A program made the position numbers and the translations under genes. From Candidatus Uhrbacteria bacterium (GTDB lineage Bacteria; Patescibacteriota; Patescibacteriia; UBA9934; GWF2-40-263): a stretch of 64,000 nt of DNA. The DNA lies in NCBI GenBank assembly GCA_016844925.1, contig JAERTI010000056.1:96533-160532 (forward strand), read 5' to 3'. Below, piece by piece: positions 47,737 through 56,491 of this stretch. Under the pieces are notes generated by a model. The model had not been told where the DNA came from. It saw only the letters and a list, made by a program, of their open reading frames with translations, and did no database searches. The first letter of the stretch is position 1. Each line of letters opens with the position of its first letter.

Positions 47737-48858
47737 ATGAAAACACTTTGCCCAAACAAGGAGGTCTGCGGTTCGTGTAGCTGGTCGCACATCCCCTATG
47801 ACAAGCAGCTCACACAAAAACTGTCAGACATCAACGGTTCCTTTGCGCTGAAAGAGGTCGATCTGCAAGTAGAGCAGATCGTGCCCTCACCTCGCACGGA
47901 GCACTACCGCAACCGCATGGACTTTGTCATCGACTTTGAAGGTCGCATGGGCATGCGCCAGAAGGGCAAGTGGTGGAAGGTAATCGACGGTCATACCTGT
48001 TTCCTCTCCGATGAAAAGATCGAGGAGCTATTTCATCTCGTACGAGACTGGTCCAAGACTGCCGGACTCAGCTACTTCGACCGGAAGGCTCATCACGGCC
48101 TCCTGCGCTACGCTGTCATCCGTTCTACAACGCTCGGACAAACTATGGTGAACATCGTCACAAGCGTACCTGAGGACGAGGCTCCCGTTCGCGCGGCCCT
48201 CGATAAACTTGCGCAGGACGACCGAATCTCAACACTCATCTGGTCTCAGAACTCCACCGTGAGCGACGTCAGCTTCGGTGATACCCTTGAGACGATCAAA
48301 GGTGAAGGTTTTATTGAGGAGCACATTCGCGGATCAAAGTTCCGCATCAGCCCAAACGCCTTTTTCCAAACCAACCCCCACGCCGCTGTCGCACTACTCG
48401 ACACCGTCGATGAGTTCTGTGGCGACCTCTCAGGCAAGACGCTGCTCGATCTCTACTGCGGCTCAGGCTTCTTCTCCATCGCCCTCTCTTCCCGCGCTGG
48501 TAAGACCATCGGCGTAGAGATGGTCCCTGAGGCCATCCGTGATGCGCGTATCAACGCAGAGCTCAACAATGCTCAGGTGGAGTATCATGATGCCAAGACG
48601 GAAGAATTTGACTGGAAGACCTACGGCGCAGACATCGTGATCCTTGACCCACCGCGCTCTGGCATGCATGATAAGGCGCTCGCGGACGTTATTGAAGCAA
48701 AGCCAGAGACGATCATCTACGTCTCGTGCAGTCCAAAAAACTTCGCTCGTGAAATGAAGCAACTTCAACAGCACTACCGCGTGGAGGCCATGAGGGCCAT
48801 CGATATGTTCCCTCACACCCCGCACGTAGAACTTGTAACTCGACTTGTGCGCATTTAA
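47737..48858 (+). CDS. 23S rRNA (uracil-C5)-methyltransferase, RlmD/RumA family
   Basis: N-terminal Fe-S Cys cluster (CPNKEVCGSCSWSH), SAM-binding motif (LLDLYCGSGFFS), catalytic (ILDPPRSG, VSCSP) motifs; the 47365 ORF is a 5' extension. Confidence 0.75.
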   Translation: MKTLCPNKEVCGSCSWSHIPYDKQLTQKLSDINGSFALKEVDLQVEQIVPSPRTEHYRNRMDFVIDFEGRMGMRQKGKWWKVIDGHTCFLSDEKIEELFHLVRDWSKTAGLSYFDRKAHHGLLRYAVIRSTTLGQTMVNIVTSVPEDEAPVRAALDKLAQDDRISTLIWSQNSTVSDVSFGDTLETIKGEGFIEEHIRGSKFRISPNAFFQTNPHAAVALLDTVDEFCGDLSGKTLLDLYCGSGFFSIALSSRAGKTIGVEMVPEAIRDARINAELNNAQVEYHDAKTEEFDWKTYGADIVILDPPRSGMHDKALADVIEAKPETIIYVSCSPKNFAREMKQLQQHYRVEAMRAIDMFPHTPHVELVTRLVRI

Positions 48859-48863
48859 GCGCC

Positions 48864-49736
48864 TTGATTACCTCAATTATGCCAAATACAAAATCAGGTT
48901 TCGTCGTCATGATCGGTCGTTCCAACGTTGGAAAGTCCACCCTCATGAACTCCATCATTGGTTCAAAGATCGCCATCACGACTCCAAAACCACAAACAAC
49001 CCGCCTCCCGATTCAGGGCATCCTGACACGCGGAGAGAGCCAGATCGTCTTCGTCGACACTCCAGGTGTCCTCAAAGGAGCCAAAGACGCGCTTAGCAAG
49101 AAGCTTCTCAGCGCTGTGAAAGAATCTCTCGAGGACGTTGACGTCATTGTGTACGTTGTAGACCCAACTCGACAGATCGGTCAGGAAGAACGTGAAGTTA
49201 TGCGTCTCATCGAGTCCATCGACAAGCCATCTATCCTGGTCATCAACAAGATGGATCTGGAGCGTAAACCGTATCTCGACTTTTACCGAGACCTCTCTGA
49301 GAACTACGACGAAACGGTCGAACTCTCAGCTCTTCGAGGAACGCATATTGGAACGCTTATCGAAAAACTCCAGGATCTCGTCCCAGAAGGTGAGTTCTAC
49401 TACCCAGAGGGACAGCTCACCAACATGCCAAACAAGTACTGGATGGCAGAGCTCATCCGAGAGAAACTTTTCCTACGTCTTCGCCAAGAACTCCCCTACT
49501 CCACGCACGTGGAAGTCAGCGAGATCGAGGAGCGCAAGGACGGAACCATGTACGTCAAAGGAAGCATCTTCACCACCACCGAGCGCTACAAGCGCATGAT
49601 CATCGGTGCTGGTGGACGCGGTATCAAGGAAATCGGTCAGAGTGTCCGCAAGGAGCTCACAGCCGTACTGCAGACGAAAGTATTCGTTGACCTACGCGTA
49701 GAGGTAGACCCACATTGGATGAAACGATTCGTTTAA
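48864..49736 (+). CDS. era: GTPase Era
   Basis: G1 motif (GRSNVGKST), G3 (DTPG), G4 (NKMD); C-terminal KH domain. Confidence 0.85.
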   Translation: MITSIMPNTKSGFVVMIGRSNVGKSTLMNSIIGSKIAITTPKPQTTRLPIQGILTRGESQIVFVDTPGVLKGAKDALSKKLLSAVKESLEDVDVIVYVVDPTRQIGQEEREVMRLIESIDKPSILVINKMDLERKPYLDFYRDLSENYDETVELSALRGTHIGTLIEKLQDLVPEGEFYYPEGQLTNMPNKYWMAELIREKLFLRLRQELPYSTHVEVSEIEERKDGTMYVKGSIFTTTERYKRMIIGAGGRGIKEIGQSVRKELTAVLQTKVFVDLRVEVDPHWMKRFV

Positions 49737-49746
49737 AACAAAACCT

Positions 49747-49786
49747 AAAAACCGGCTGTCACCATTGACATAGGCCGGTTTTTTGT
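49747..49786 (+). terminator. rho-independent terminator after era; a TTGACA lies in its loop
   Basis: aaaaccggc...gccggtttt stem followed by TTTTGTTTAT; loop TTGACA (49765-49770) plus a 17-bp spacer plus TATCTT (49788-49793) forms a candidate promoter for the next gene. Confidence 0.55.
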
Positions 49787-49817
49787 TTATCTTCGCATGT
49801 CCACACTAGGAGGAACT

Positions 49818-50747
49818 ATGGACTACAGAGCGTTCCTGCGCAGACACGACGCTGCGCTCAAGACGGCAGGACTCTGGGCGAGGGCCTGGACACTGCAGCG
49901 ACTGCTCGAAAGCTGCCTGCTCGTCGTCAAGATGGATGCAACCTACTACACACGTGAGTGGGCCATCAAGCACCGACAGATGCTGGTCGATGCTCTCTGC
50001 GAAGTCTGTGTGACGGCGCAGATCCCGCTGCCGGACATCGAGCCGGACATGGTCAATGGCCTGTTGCCCACGGACCAAGAACTGAAGCCCGGCTCCCGCA
50101 AACGACTCGAGATCGTCCAGACCTTGCGCGGTCGACTGCGTGATCACGGGAGTCTGGGAGCGGCAGAGCTCCACGGCTTTGCCGATGTGCTCAGCGCCTT
50201 CGAGTTCAACGACTTCAGCGGCCCCAACATGGTCCAGATGCTCGCCGCAATCAACGCTCGCCTGCTCAAGGAGGGGCTCGAGCCCCTCCGTGGCCCCTAC
50301 AAGGGCAATGTGATCTGCCCGGGCGCTGGCACAGAGGGACCTCTGCGCACGGTGCTGATCGTGGACGACAGTCTGGAGGCCTTGATCAAGACGTGGATCG
50401 CCGTCGCAGGTTGGCCCACTCTCGAGCCTCACAAGTACCTGTACGAACCCTCGCAGAGAACCCTGCTGGAGGGAGAGGCAAGCGAGACTCGGCTTGCCGA
50501 GGTGGCCGCGCAAATCCTGAAGTGCCAGCCGGACGTCGTCATCATGGACCACGGCCTGGGCGACATCCACGGAGACAAGCTCATCGAGACCCTTCGGGCG
50601 AGCGGTGGCAAGGACATCATCTTCGTCGCCAATACCGGCGGTGACATCGACGCGTTCAGATCCGTCCGATTGCGCGAGAACTTCGACAAGGGCAAGAACC
50701 TCTCTGCCCTCGCGTCGGCGCTCCATCGAGCGAACCGACGCCGCTAG
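49818..50747 (+). CDS. orphan response-regulator-like protein: novel N-terminal domain with a C-terminal receiver (REC) domain (GC-rich island)
   Basis: AGGAGG ribosome-binding site 5 nt before the ATG at 49818; C-terminus has VLIVDD (beta1), DVVIMDHGLGDIHG (beta3 with phospho-acceptor Asp), ANTGG (beta4 Thr) and FDKGK (beta5 Lys); the N-terminal 175 aa show no recognisable motif. Confidence 0.5.
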   Translation: MDYRAFLRRHDAALKTAGLWARAWTLQRLLESCLLVVKMDATYYTREWAIKHRQMLVDALCEVCVTAQIPLPDIEPDMVNGLLPTDQELKPGSRKRLEIVQTLRGRLRDHGSLGAAELHGFADVLSAFEFNDFSGPNMVQMLAAINARLLKEGLEPLRGPYKGNVICPGAGTEGPLRTVLIVDDSLEALIKTWIAVAGWPTLEPHKYLYEPSQRTLLEGEASETRLAEVAAQILKCQPDVVIMDHGLGDIHGDKLIETLRASGGKDIIFVANTGGDIDAFRSVRLRENFDKGKNLSALASALHRANRRR

Positions 50748-50769
50748 AGCCTCTCAGGCTCTTTTTTTC
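50746..50769 (+). terminator. rho-independent terminator
   Basis: agagcc-tctca-ggctct hairpin followed by TTTTTTT. Confidence 0.5.
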
Positions 50770-50772
50770 TTG

Positions 50773-50814
50773 CACGCTAATCCATTGACAAACCGTCATT
50801 TTTTGATTAGCGTG
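50773..50814. promoter_or_regulatory. 10-bp perfect inverted repeat (candidate operator) enclosing a promoter -35 box
   Basis: CACGCTAATC-N22-GATTAGCGTG; TTGACA (50785-50790) plus 17 bp plus TAGCGT lie inside it; 52 nt upstream of the gene at 50866. Confidence 0.35.
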
Positions 50815-50865
50815 TCGTGTGGCGAATGGATTGCCGCACCCGAAACTCCTAGGCCTGGAGGGCCT

Positions 50866-51513
50866 ATGTTTACCCTCATGCTCGTGCCCATGTTCTCGCC
50901 GGATGGCGAAGAAGGCGGGCGGCGTGAGAAGCGGAAGGTTCCCCGAAAGAACCCCCGCATCAAGAGCAAGCTCGTCTGCGAGAAGGACCCCAAGAGCGGA
51001 AAGACTACCGGCACAGCCGTGCTGAACATGCACCAGTGCACCGGAGACCTGGCTCCGCAGCGGTTCGAAAGCGGACGTCTGTACAAGCAACTCCTCTTCA
51101 GCATCACCGAGGACCACGGCGTCCCTGCATTCACCAACCTGACCCCCAAGGGCATGGAGGCGTTCGTCGCGGGCAACAGTCGCCCCATCCAGATCGTGGA
51201 AGTCATCGCCGTCCCCGACTTCGATGGCGGAGAGCTCGAAGTCACGATGTACTCCACCCCGCCCATCAGCTGGGGTGGCAAGGACCTCTCCGACAAGCTG
51301 ATGGCTACGGGCCTGCTCATGCTCATGGGCTACGAGGAGATCCCGCTGGGTGAAGACGCCGAGGCCAGCATGGACCTGGGTCTGCCCGAGCTCGACGAAG
51401 GCTTCATCGACCTGCTCGACAGCACCATGGGCTACCACTCCCCCGAGATGGACATGGAACTCCTGGAGGACGAGAACTCCGACGATTGGCTCTTCGAGGC
51501 CGAAGGCGACTAG
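50866..51513 (+). CDS. hypothetical acidic protein (GC-rich island)
   Basis: 215 aa; basic N-terminus (RREKRKVPRKNPRIKSK) and a very acidic C-terminal third ending ...DDWLFEAEGD; the 50605 ORF is a 5' extension. Confidence 0.4.
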   Translation: MFTLMLVPMFSPDGEEGGRREKRKVPRKNPRIKSKLVCEKDPKSGKTTGTAVLNMHQCTGDLAPQRFESGRLYKQLLFSITEDHGVPAFTNLTPKGMEAFVAGNSRPIQIVEVIAVPDFDGGELEVTMYSTPPISWGGKDLSDKLMATGLLMLMGYEEIPLGEDAEASMDLGLPELDEGFIDLLDSTMGYHSPEMDMELLEDENSDDWLFEAEGD

Positions 51514-51522
51514 CTCAAACGA

Positions 51523-51574
51523 AAAAGCAGCTTTACGCTGCCCCGCACCCTTACGTGGGTGCTATTTATTTTGT
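51523..51574. terminator. back-to-back terminators for convergent genes
   Basis: gcagc-tttac-gctgc preceded by AAAAA serves the minus strand; gcaccc-ttacgt-gggtgc followed by TATTTATTTT serves the plus strand. Confidence 0.5.
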
Positions 51575-52504
51575 TCGAATTTCTGTGACCTCGTAGCCAG
51601 CGAACCCTTCCACAAACCCATCAGGGGTAAGGGTCTCAAGATTTCCCTGGGCAAACGGCGTGAGCTGCACCTCCAGCACGAGCGGGTTCTCTGCATTTGC
51701 CAAAATACGCAACGACCCGAACCGATTCTTGGCTTCGATCACTCTTACGCTACTAACCACGCCATCAATCGTCACCGTGTACTCACCCCAATCACCAGAG
51801 GCTTCGAGGTCCAAGAGATCTTCTTCCACTTCCTCTTCAGCCCCGTCGTCGGTATCTCCAGGGATAAGTGTGGCGAGCTGATCGATATAACTCTGCACCT
51901 GATCTGCCACATCCTCAATCTGAGCAAGTGACTCATCAAACAGCCCAAAGCTGAGCGTGGTCTTGCGTGTATTTACAAGCTCGTCGTACTGCGCTCGAGA
52001 GAGCCAGATGAGTGTCTCTTCAACCTCACCAGAGTCCCCTTCCGTCCAAAGACTTGGGAGCAGCAGGCGCTCCCCATCATCGAGAGCCGACGTGGAAATC
52101 GTGCCCTCGACAACAACATCTTGATACTCCACTTCTGGAGCATCAGGAATCTCTTCTCCGATCGGTGTCTCGGCATACTGAGCCTCATGAGCCTCACGTG
52201 CAGCCGTCGACGCTTCCGTCTCTTCCTGCGTTGTAATTGACCAGGAAAGATCTACACGCTCCCCAGCAGTCCACGACTCAAGCTTGACCACACGCTCATC
52301 TGATTCTGCGCCAAGCCAATCGACAATCTGCCCGCCGACCCCTAAGACTGTCGGCTGCAATACAACTTCTGCTCCAGAAGCAAAAGAAAGCGACTGAGCC
52401 GCTTCCTCTGCTGTTAACGTTGAGGTGACCTGCGCTACGCACCCTGCGCCAAATAAAACCAGCGCTGAGAGCCCGAGTGCAACTCGCCCCATGGTTAAGA
52501 TCAT
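51566..52504 (-). CDS. hypothetical secreted/lipoprotein-like protein
   Basis: Start taken at MILTMGRVALGLSALVLFGAGC (signal with a Cys; weak lipobox); the ORF extends upstream to 52702 but that stretch would overlap the thioredoxin-like gene. Confidence 0.4.
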   Translation of the reverse strand: MILTMGRVALGLSALVLFGAGCVAQVTSTLTAEEAAQSLSFASGAEVVLQPTVLGVGGQIVDWLGAESDERVVKLESWTAGERVDLSWSITTQEETEASTAAREAHEAQYAETPIGEEIPDAPEVEYQDVVVEGTISTSALDDGERLLLPSLWTEGDSGEVEETLIWLSRAQYDELVNTRKTTLSFGLFDESLAQIEDVADQVQSYIDQLATLIPGDTDDGAEEEVEEDLLDLEASGDWGEYTVTIDGVVSSVRVIEAKNRFGSLRILANAENPLVLEVQLTPFAQGNLETLTPDGFVEGFAGYEVTEIRTK

Positions 52505-52505
52505 A

Positions 52506-52772
52506 CTATTCAGAGATGTCTTCTCCAGCTGCCCACTTCGCGAGTCGCTCCTCGGAAGTCGCGCCACAGATCCACATCTTAGATTCATCATTATAGAAAA
52601 ACGGAACACCGCCGCACTTACCGCCATCAATTTCCTCAAGCTTTTTGGCATTGTCATCGTTATGCCATGTCTCAAGCTTCTCAATCGCGGTGCCGTCCTC
52701 AATCATTCTATCCACAATGGGAAGCATTTGATGACAGTGTGGGCATTCCTCTCCGTAAAAAAAGTAGAGCAT
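52506..52772 (-). CDS. thioredoxin/glutaredoxin-like small protein
   Basis: CPHC active-site motif (GEECPHCHQMLPIV) and GGVPFF further along. Confidence 0.6.
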   Translation of the reverse strand: MLYFFYGEECPHCHQMLPIVDRMIEDGTAIEKLETWHNDDNAKKLEEIDGGKCGGVPFFYNDESKMWICGATSEERLAKWAAGEDISE

Positions 52773-52810
52773 AATCTCGAATAGTATGAGTTATCTGCTA
52801 CAATTCTATC

Positions 52811-53386
52811 ATGCTTATTCGCCTCCTCACAGCCACCGTTTTCCTCGCCATCATGGCGCTGCTTATTCTGCAGCGTTTTTCCATGCCACCTGAATTCCCT
52901 GTCATCGATGCATCCACAGGCGAAACATTCTCTCGGGGCGAAATCATCACCACTGACGATGACTACCTCGCTCTCACAATCGGCGAAAACAACATCTATC
53001 TTGCTGAAAATACGGTTCTTGAGCTCGACAGAATCTACGAGGACGAACTGGTCGTCACCCTCACAAAAGGACGCCTACTCGTAAGCGCGCAGGGTGACAC
53101 TCCCTTTGTGATCGAAACGAATCACACAGACCACCTCGTCCATAAGGGTACGGCAAGTTTCATCAACTACGACTGGCTTGAGACCATCCACGTGATCCCG
53201 CTAGATGGCTCTGTCCAAACAACCATCCGAGGAACCAACGAATTCCTCCTCACCCCAACCCCAATTTCCATCCACGAGACCGCTCCCGTCACCTACGAGC
53301 CCCTCGAGGTAAGCCTCGACGCCGGCGCAAGCGCCCCCTTCTACACCTGGACTGGCGTTTTGACAGAAAACGCGCCCACAGAGTAA
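52811..53386 (+). CDS. hypothetical membrane-anchored protein (FecR-like?)
   Basis: N-terminal TM helix then a beta-rich domain; weak resemblance to FecR-type sensor domains. Confidence 0.3.
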   Translation: MLIRLLTATVFLAIMALLILQRFSMPPEFPVIDASTGETFSRGEIITTDDDYLALTIGENNIYLAENTVLELDRIYEDELVVTLTKGRLLVSAQGDTPFVIETNHTDHLVHKGTASFINYDWLETIHVIPLDGSVQTTIRGTNEFLLTPTPISIHETAPVTYEPLEVSLDAGASAPFYTWTGVLTENAPTE

Positions 53387-53420
53387 CCTCCCGTCGCGAA
53401 TCGTCGAAAGGAGACAAAAA

Positions 53421-54308
53421 GTGATCGATATCAGACAAGTGGAGACAGCCCAGCAGGCGTTTGACCTGCTCTCAGACGGAGAGCCCAAGATCATCAGCCG
53501 ATACGGCGCTCCGGAACTGATCCGACGTGCGGGCCTCGTGAAGGCCGGCGCATTCGACTTCGACGGCACGCTGATCACCAAGGCCCAGTGGGACGAGGTG
53601 GCCAAGCTGATGCCAGAAGATCTCCGACGGCGAGATCGAGAGTTCATCGAGTGGTACTTGGAACACCGAACCGACCAAGACCTGCCCGATACCACCCTCG
53701 ACGACCCAGACTGGTTCCACAGCCACCTGCTCGACTCCAACCGGACCGCAGCAGAGGGTGGATCTGTGGCACAGTTCGCCCACTTCTGTGAACGCTCCGG
53801 CATCACGCTGGGGAACCTGATCGAGACGGGCATGGAGCTCCCTCCCCGGGACGGTGCCATCGAGCTTCTCAAGCTCTTTGTCCTGTACGTCATCATCAGC
53901 TACGGCATCGAACACGTGATCCAGGGCTTCGCCAAGGCGCACGGCCTAGATCCGCACATCGTGGCCAGTCGCTTCAAGTTCCGCGAGCCGGACATGTTGG
54001 TCATGGGTCACGAATACAACGTCGTGGTCAGCTCCACCAAGCCGCTGGCAGCCAACCGGTTCCGCACCCTCACGGGCATCGCTGACGAAGAAATGCTCGT
54101 CGTCGGCGATTCGGTCGTGGACGTAGAGATGATGCACCCAGGAGGGCTCAACATCCTCGTCATGCCCTGCAAGGAAGCCAACAAGAAGCTCACGGCCTTC
54201 CGCAACGGCAACCTCGCTGGCATGTGGCCCAAGCTCACGGCCATCCTCTACAGCGACTCGCTCATGCCGCTAGTCGAGCTCATCGAGCTCGGACGCAGCC
54301 GCTCGTAG
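53421..54308 (+). CDS. HAD-superfamily hydrolase (GC-rich island)
   Basis: HAD motif I FDFDGTLI, motif IV VVGDSVVDVEM; GTG start after an AAAGGAG ribosome-binding site; GC about 62%. Confidence 0.6.
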   Translation: MIDIRQVETAQQAFDLLSDGEPKIISRYGAPELIRRAGLVKAGAFDFDGTLITKAQWDEVAKLMPEDLRRRDREFIEWYLEHRTDQDLPDTTLDDPDWFHSHLLDSNRTAAEGGSVAQFAHFCERSGITLGNLIETGMELPPRDGAIELLKLFVLYVIISYGIEHVIQGFAKAHGLDPHIVASRFKFREPDMLVMGHEYNVVVSSTKPLAANRFRTLTGIADEEMLVVGDSVVDVEMMHPGGLNILVMPCKEANKKLTAFRNGNLAGMWPKLTAILYSDSLMPLVELIELGRSRS

Positions 54309-54318
54309 CGCAACGCAA

Positions 54319-54347
54319 AACCGCCCCATACGGGAGCGGCTTTTTTC
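54319..54347. terminator. rho-independent terminator (probably serves both flanking convergent genes)
   Basis: ccgcccc-atac-gggagcgg hairpin followed by CTTTTTTC. Confidence 0.5.
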
Positions 54348-54349
54348 TA

Positions 54350-54796
54350 TTAGTCTTCGACCTCTTCCACCATTACCGGTGTCGGAGCTTCCTTTCTTTC
54401 CCATTTATGGAGCTCTCTCTGATCCTGAAGATGTGCCCGTTCTTCGGCATTCTTCCTTGCGTGCTCAATGGCTGTCTCAGGATCAACCCCTAAATCCATA
54501 AGGCCTGCAGCACTCAGTTTGGGAATATCTGTATCAAGATACTCTTCTTTTTCAGGATCAACCCCTTGCCCTTCATCAAGCACTCCCTTTTCGATCTTCT
54601 CTAGCAGCGGGTTTCCATACTCTTCCATATACGCCTTCGCAGCAGCCCTCTCTTCTGGGGTTGCCACAAACTCTTCCGGCTGCTTTTGTTGATCATAAAT
54701 AGGCGGACCAGCAATATCGCTTGTGATCTCCTTTTCCATTGATTCATCGATCGGCTGAGGCTGTGGCTCTCGCCGTAATTCTGGTGATGTAGGCAT
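54350..54796 (-). CDS. hypothetical acidic protein
   Basis: 148 aa; E/D-rich, no TM; lies downstream of mnmA. Confidence 0.3.
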   Translation of the reverse strand: MPTSPELRREPQPQPIDESMEKEITSDIAGPPIYDQQKQPEEFVATPEERAAAKAYMEEYGNPLLEKIEKGVLDEGQGVDPEKEEYLDTDIPKLSAAGLMDLGVDPETAIEHARKNAEERAHLQDQRELHKWERKEAPTPVMVEEVED

Positions 54797-54817
54797 AGGA
54801 CTTAAGTATAACGGATC

Positions 54818-55900
54818 TTAATCGATGATCCCACCACCGAGCACCTCTTCGTCGTCGTAGAACACAATCGACTGACCAGGTGTCACGGCACGTTGTGGCT
54901 CGGTAAAACTCACTGTAACGACATCACCCTCAATCGACTCAATCGTGCAGTCCTGCAGTGCTTGTCGATAGCGAATCCGTGCACGACATGCATGAGGCAA
55001 GGTCTTGGGTTCACTAAACCAGTTCAACTGTCGCGCGGTGAGACTTGATCGGAACAGCGCAGGATGAAAGTTACTCGCCACGACCACTTCCTTTGTCTCT
55101 GGCCGTTTCTCCACCACATACCAAGGCTCTCCACCTCCGATATTCAATCCATGACGCTGACCGATTGTGTAAAACGCCACCCCCTCATGGCTGCCGATCA
55201 CTTCCCCATCGACCGTGACGACATTTCCAGGATCCTTCGGTAAGCGCTGCTGCAAAAACTCTTTCATGTTCACCTCCCCAACAAAACAGATCCCCGTTGA
55301 GTCCTTCTTCTCCGCCACATCCAGTCCAAGCTCACGAGCCTTCTCCCGCACCTGAGGCTTCTCCATGTCTCCGATCGGAAAGATGACACGAGAGAGCACT
55401 TCCGGCGGCATGGCCCAGAGAAAGTAGGTCTGATCTTTGTTCTTGTCGTGGCCGGCCAGCAACTTACCGTCTTCAACTCGGGCGTAATGCCCTGTGGCAA
55501 CAAACTCGCAGCCGAGGCGATCTGCCTCGCGCATGAACTTATCGAACTTGATGAACTTATTGCACAGCACATCAGGATTCGGAGTGCGACCCATACGAGA
55601 CTCTTCAAACAAGTTTTCGACAACCTTCTCTCGGTAGTCTGCCTCAAAATCAAATGTGACAAACGGAATCCCTAGCTTTGCTGCCACACGCGCCGCATCT
55701 CGACGCTCCTCCTTCCATCCACACTCCTCAAACTCCTCCCCCACATCAGCTTCATTGGTGGACCTAGGGGCACACACAGAGCCGCTCCAATTCTTCATAA
55801 ATGCTCCCACCACCTCATATCCCTGCTCAACCAAAAGCGCCGCGGAAACACTAGAATCCACGCCTCCTGAGAGTCCTACAAGTACTTTTGGTTTTGACAT
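54818..55900 (-). CDS. mnmA: tRNA-specific 2-thiouridylase MnmA
   Basis: PP-loop motif SGGVDSSV, catalytic Cys residues; 360 aa. Confidence 0.9.
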   Translation of the reverse strand: MSKPKVLVGLSGGVDSSVSAALLVEQGYEVVGAFMKNWSGSVCAPRSTNEADVGEEFEECGWKEERRDAARVAAKLGIPFVTFDFEADYREKVVENLFEESRMGRTPNPDVLCNKFIKFDKFMREADRLGCEFVATGHYARVEDGKLLAGHDKNKDQTYFLWAMPPEVLSRVIFPIGDMEKPQVREKARELGLDVAEKKDSTGICFVGEVNMKEFLQQRLPKDPGNVVTVDGEVIGSHEGVAFYTIGQRHGLNIGGGEPWYVVEKRPETKEVVVASNFHPALFRSSLTARQLNWFSEPKTLPHACRARIRYRQALQDCTIESIEGDVVTVSFTEPQRAVTPGQSIVFYDDEEVLGGGIID

Positions 55901-55952
55901 AGAGGCGAATATAGCTTATTTTTTGGCCATCCTCAAGCCAAGGAGTACGAGG

Positions 55953-56435
55953 ATGTTGATGAGAGAATTTCACGTTCTGGTCATCGAGGACAACGCCGCC
56001 GAAGAGAAGCGCCTCATGGCGTTCCTGGCAGAGCACATGCCGGGAGATCGGAAGCTGCGCATCCACTGGCACCGCACCGTCGAGAGCGGACTGCGCTTCC
56101 TGATCGGGTGCGGATACGACATCCGGATGATCTTCTGCCACGACGTCCAGCCCGCCAGGGTGGCCACGGCCGAGGAGCGCAAGACCCTGTCGCTCGTCAC
56201 CGAGCGTCCCGAGCGCACCGGCGAGGTCTGGCGCCTCATGACCTGCATGAGCGCCCTGCAGATGGACCGCCCCCTCTTGATCGGTCTGTGCGACAGGATC
56301 AAGGGCACGCGAGACCTGCAGAAGCCCTTGGACTACCACGGTCCGGTCGGCTTCTACCTCGCCCGCCACAAGACCGAACCCTGGTCCTGCGTCAGCGACG
56401 CCGTGACGGAACTCACCGTCAGCCGCGCCGCCTGA
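55953..56435 (+). CDS. small hypothetical protein, possibly a divergent single-domain receiver (CheY-like) protein (GC-rich island)
   Basis: AAGGAG ribosome-binding site 7 nt upstream; VLVIEDNAAEEKRLMAFL (beta1/alpha1-like) and DIRMIFCHDVQP (beta3-like); GC about 63%; the 55656 ORF is a 5' extension. Confidence 0.4.
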   Translation: MLMREFHVLVIEDNAAEEKRLMAFLAEHMPGDRKLRIHWHRTVESGLRFLIGCGYDIRMIFCHDVQPARVATAEERKTLSLVTERPERTGEVWRLMTCMSALQMDRPLLIGLCDRIKGTRDLQKPLDYHGPVGFYLARHKTEPWSCVSDAVTELTVSRAA

Positions 56436-56444
56436 CTCTCAACT

Positions 56445-56491
56445 CCCGCCCTATCGAGCTCAGCTCGACACGCAAGGGCGGTTTTATTTTT
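56445..56491 (+). terminator. rho-independent terminator
   Basis: cccgccct...agggcgg stem (loop contains the nested palindrome tcgagctcagctcga) followed by TTTTATTTTT. Confidence 0.5.

Noticed and set aside
49806-51438. Two long minus-strand ORFs (306 aa and 260 aa) antisense to the island D genes
   Set aside because: Shadow ORFs of GC-rich DNA with low-complexity composition. The plus-strand ORFs carry ribosome-binding sites, REC motifs and terminators.
51566-52702. Full-length 378-aa version of the lipoprotein-like ORF
   Set aside because: Its first 66 codons would overlap the thioredoxin-like gene on the same strand. An internal Met followed by a signal peptide starts exactly 2 nt after that gene's stop.
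55656-55952. 5' extension of the island F ORF overlapping mnmA on the opposite strand
   Set aside because: An AAGGAG ribosome-binding site sits 7 nt before the ATG at 55953. The extension is antisense to mnmA.
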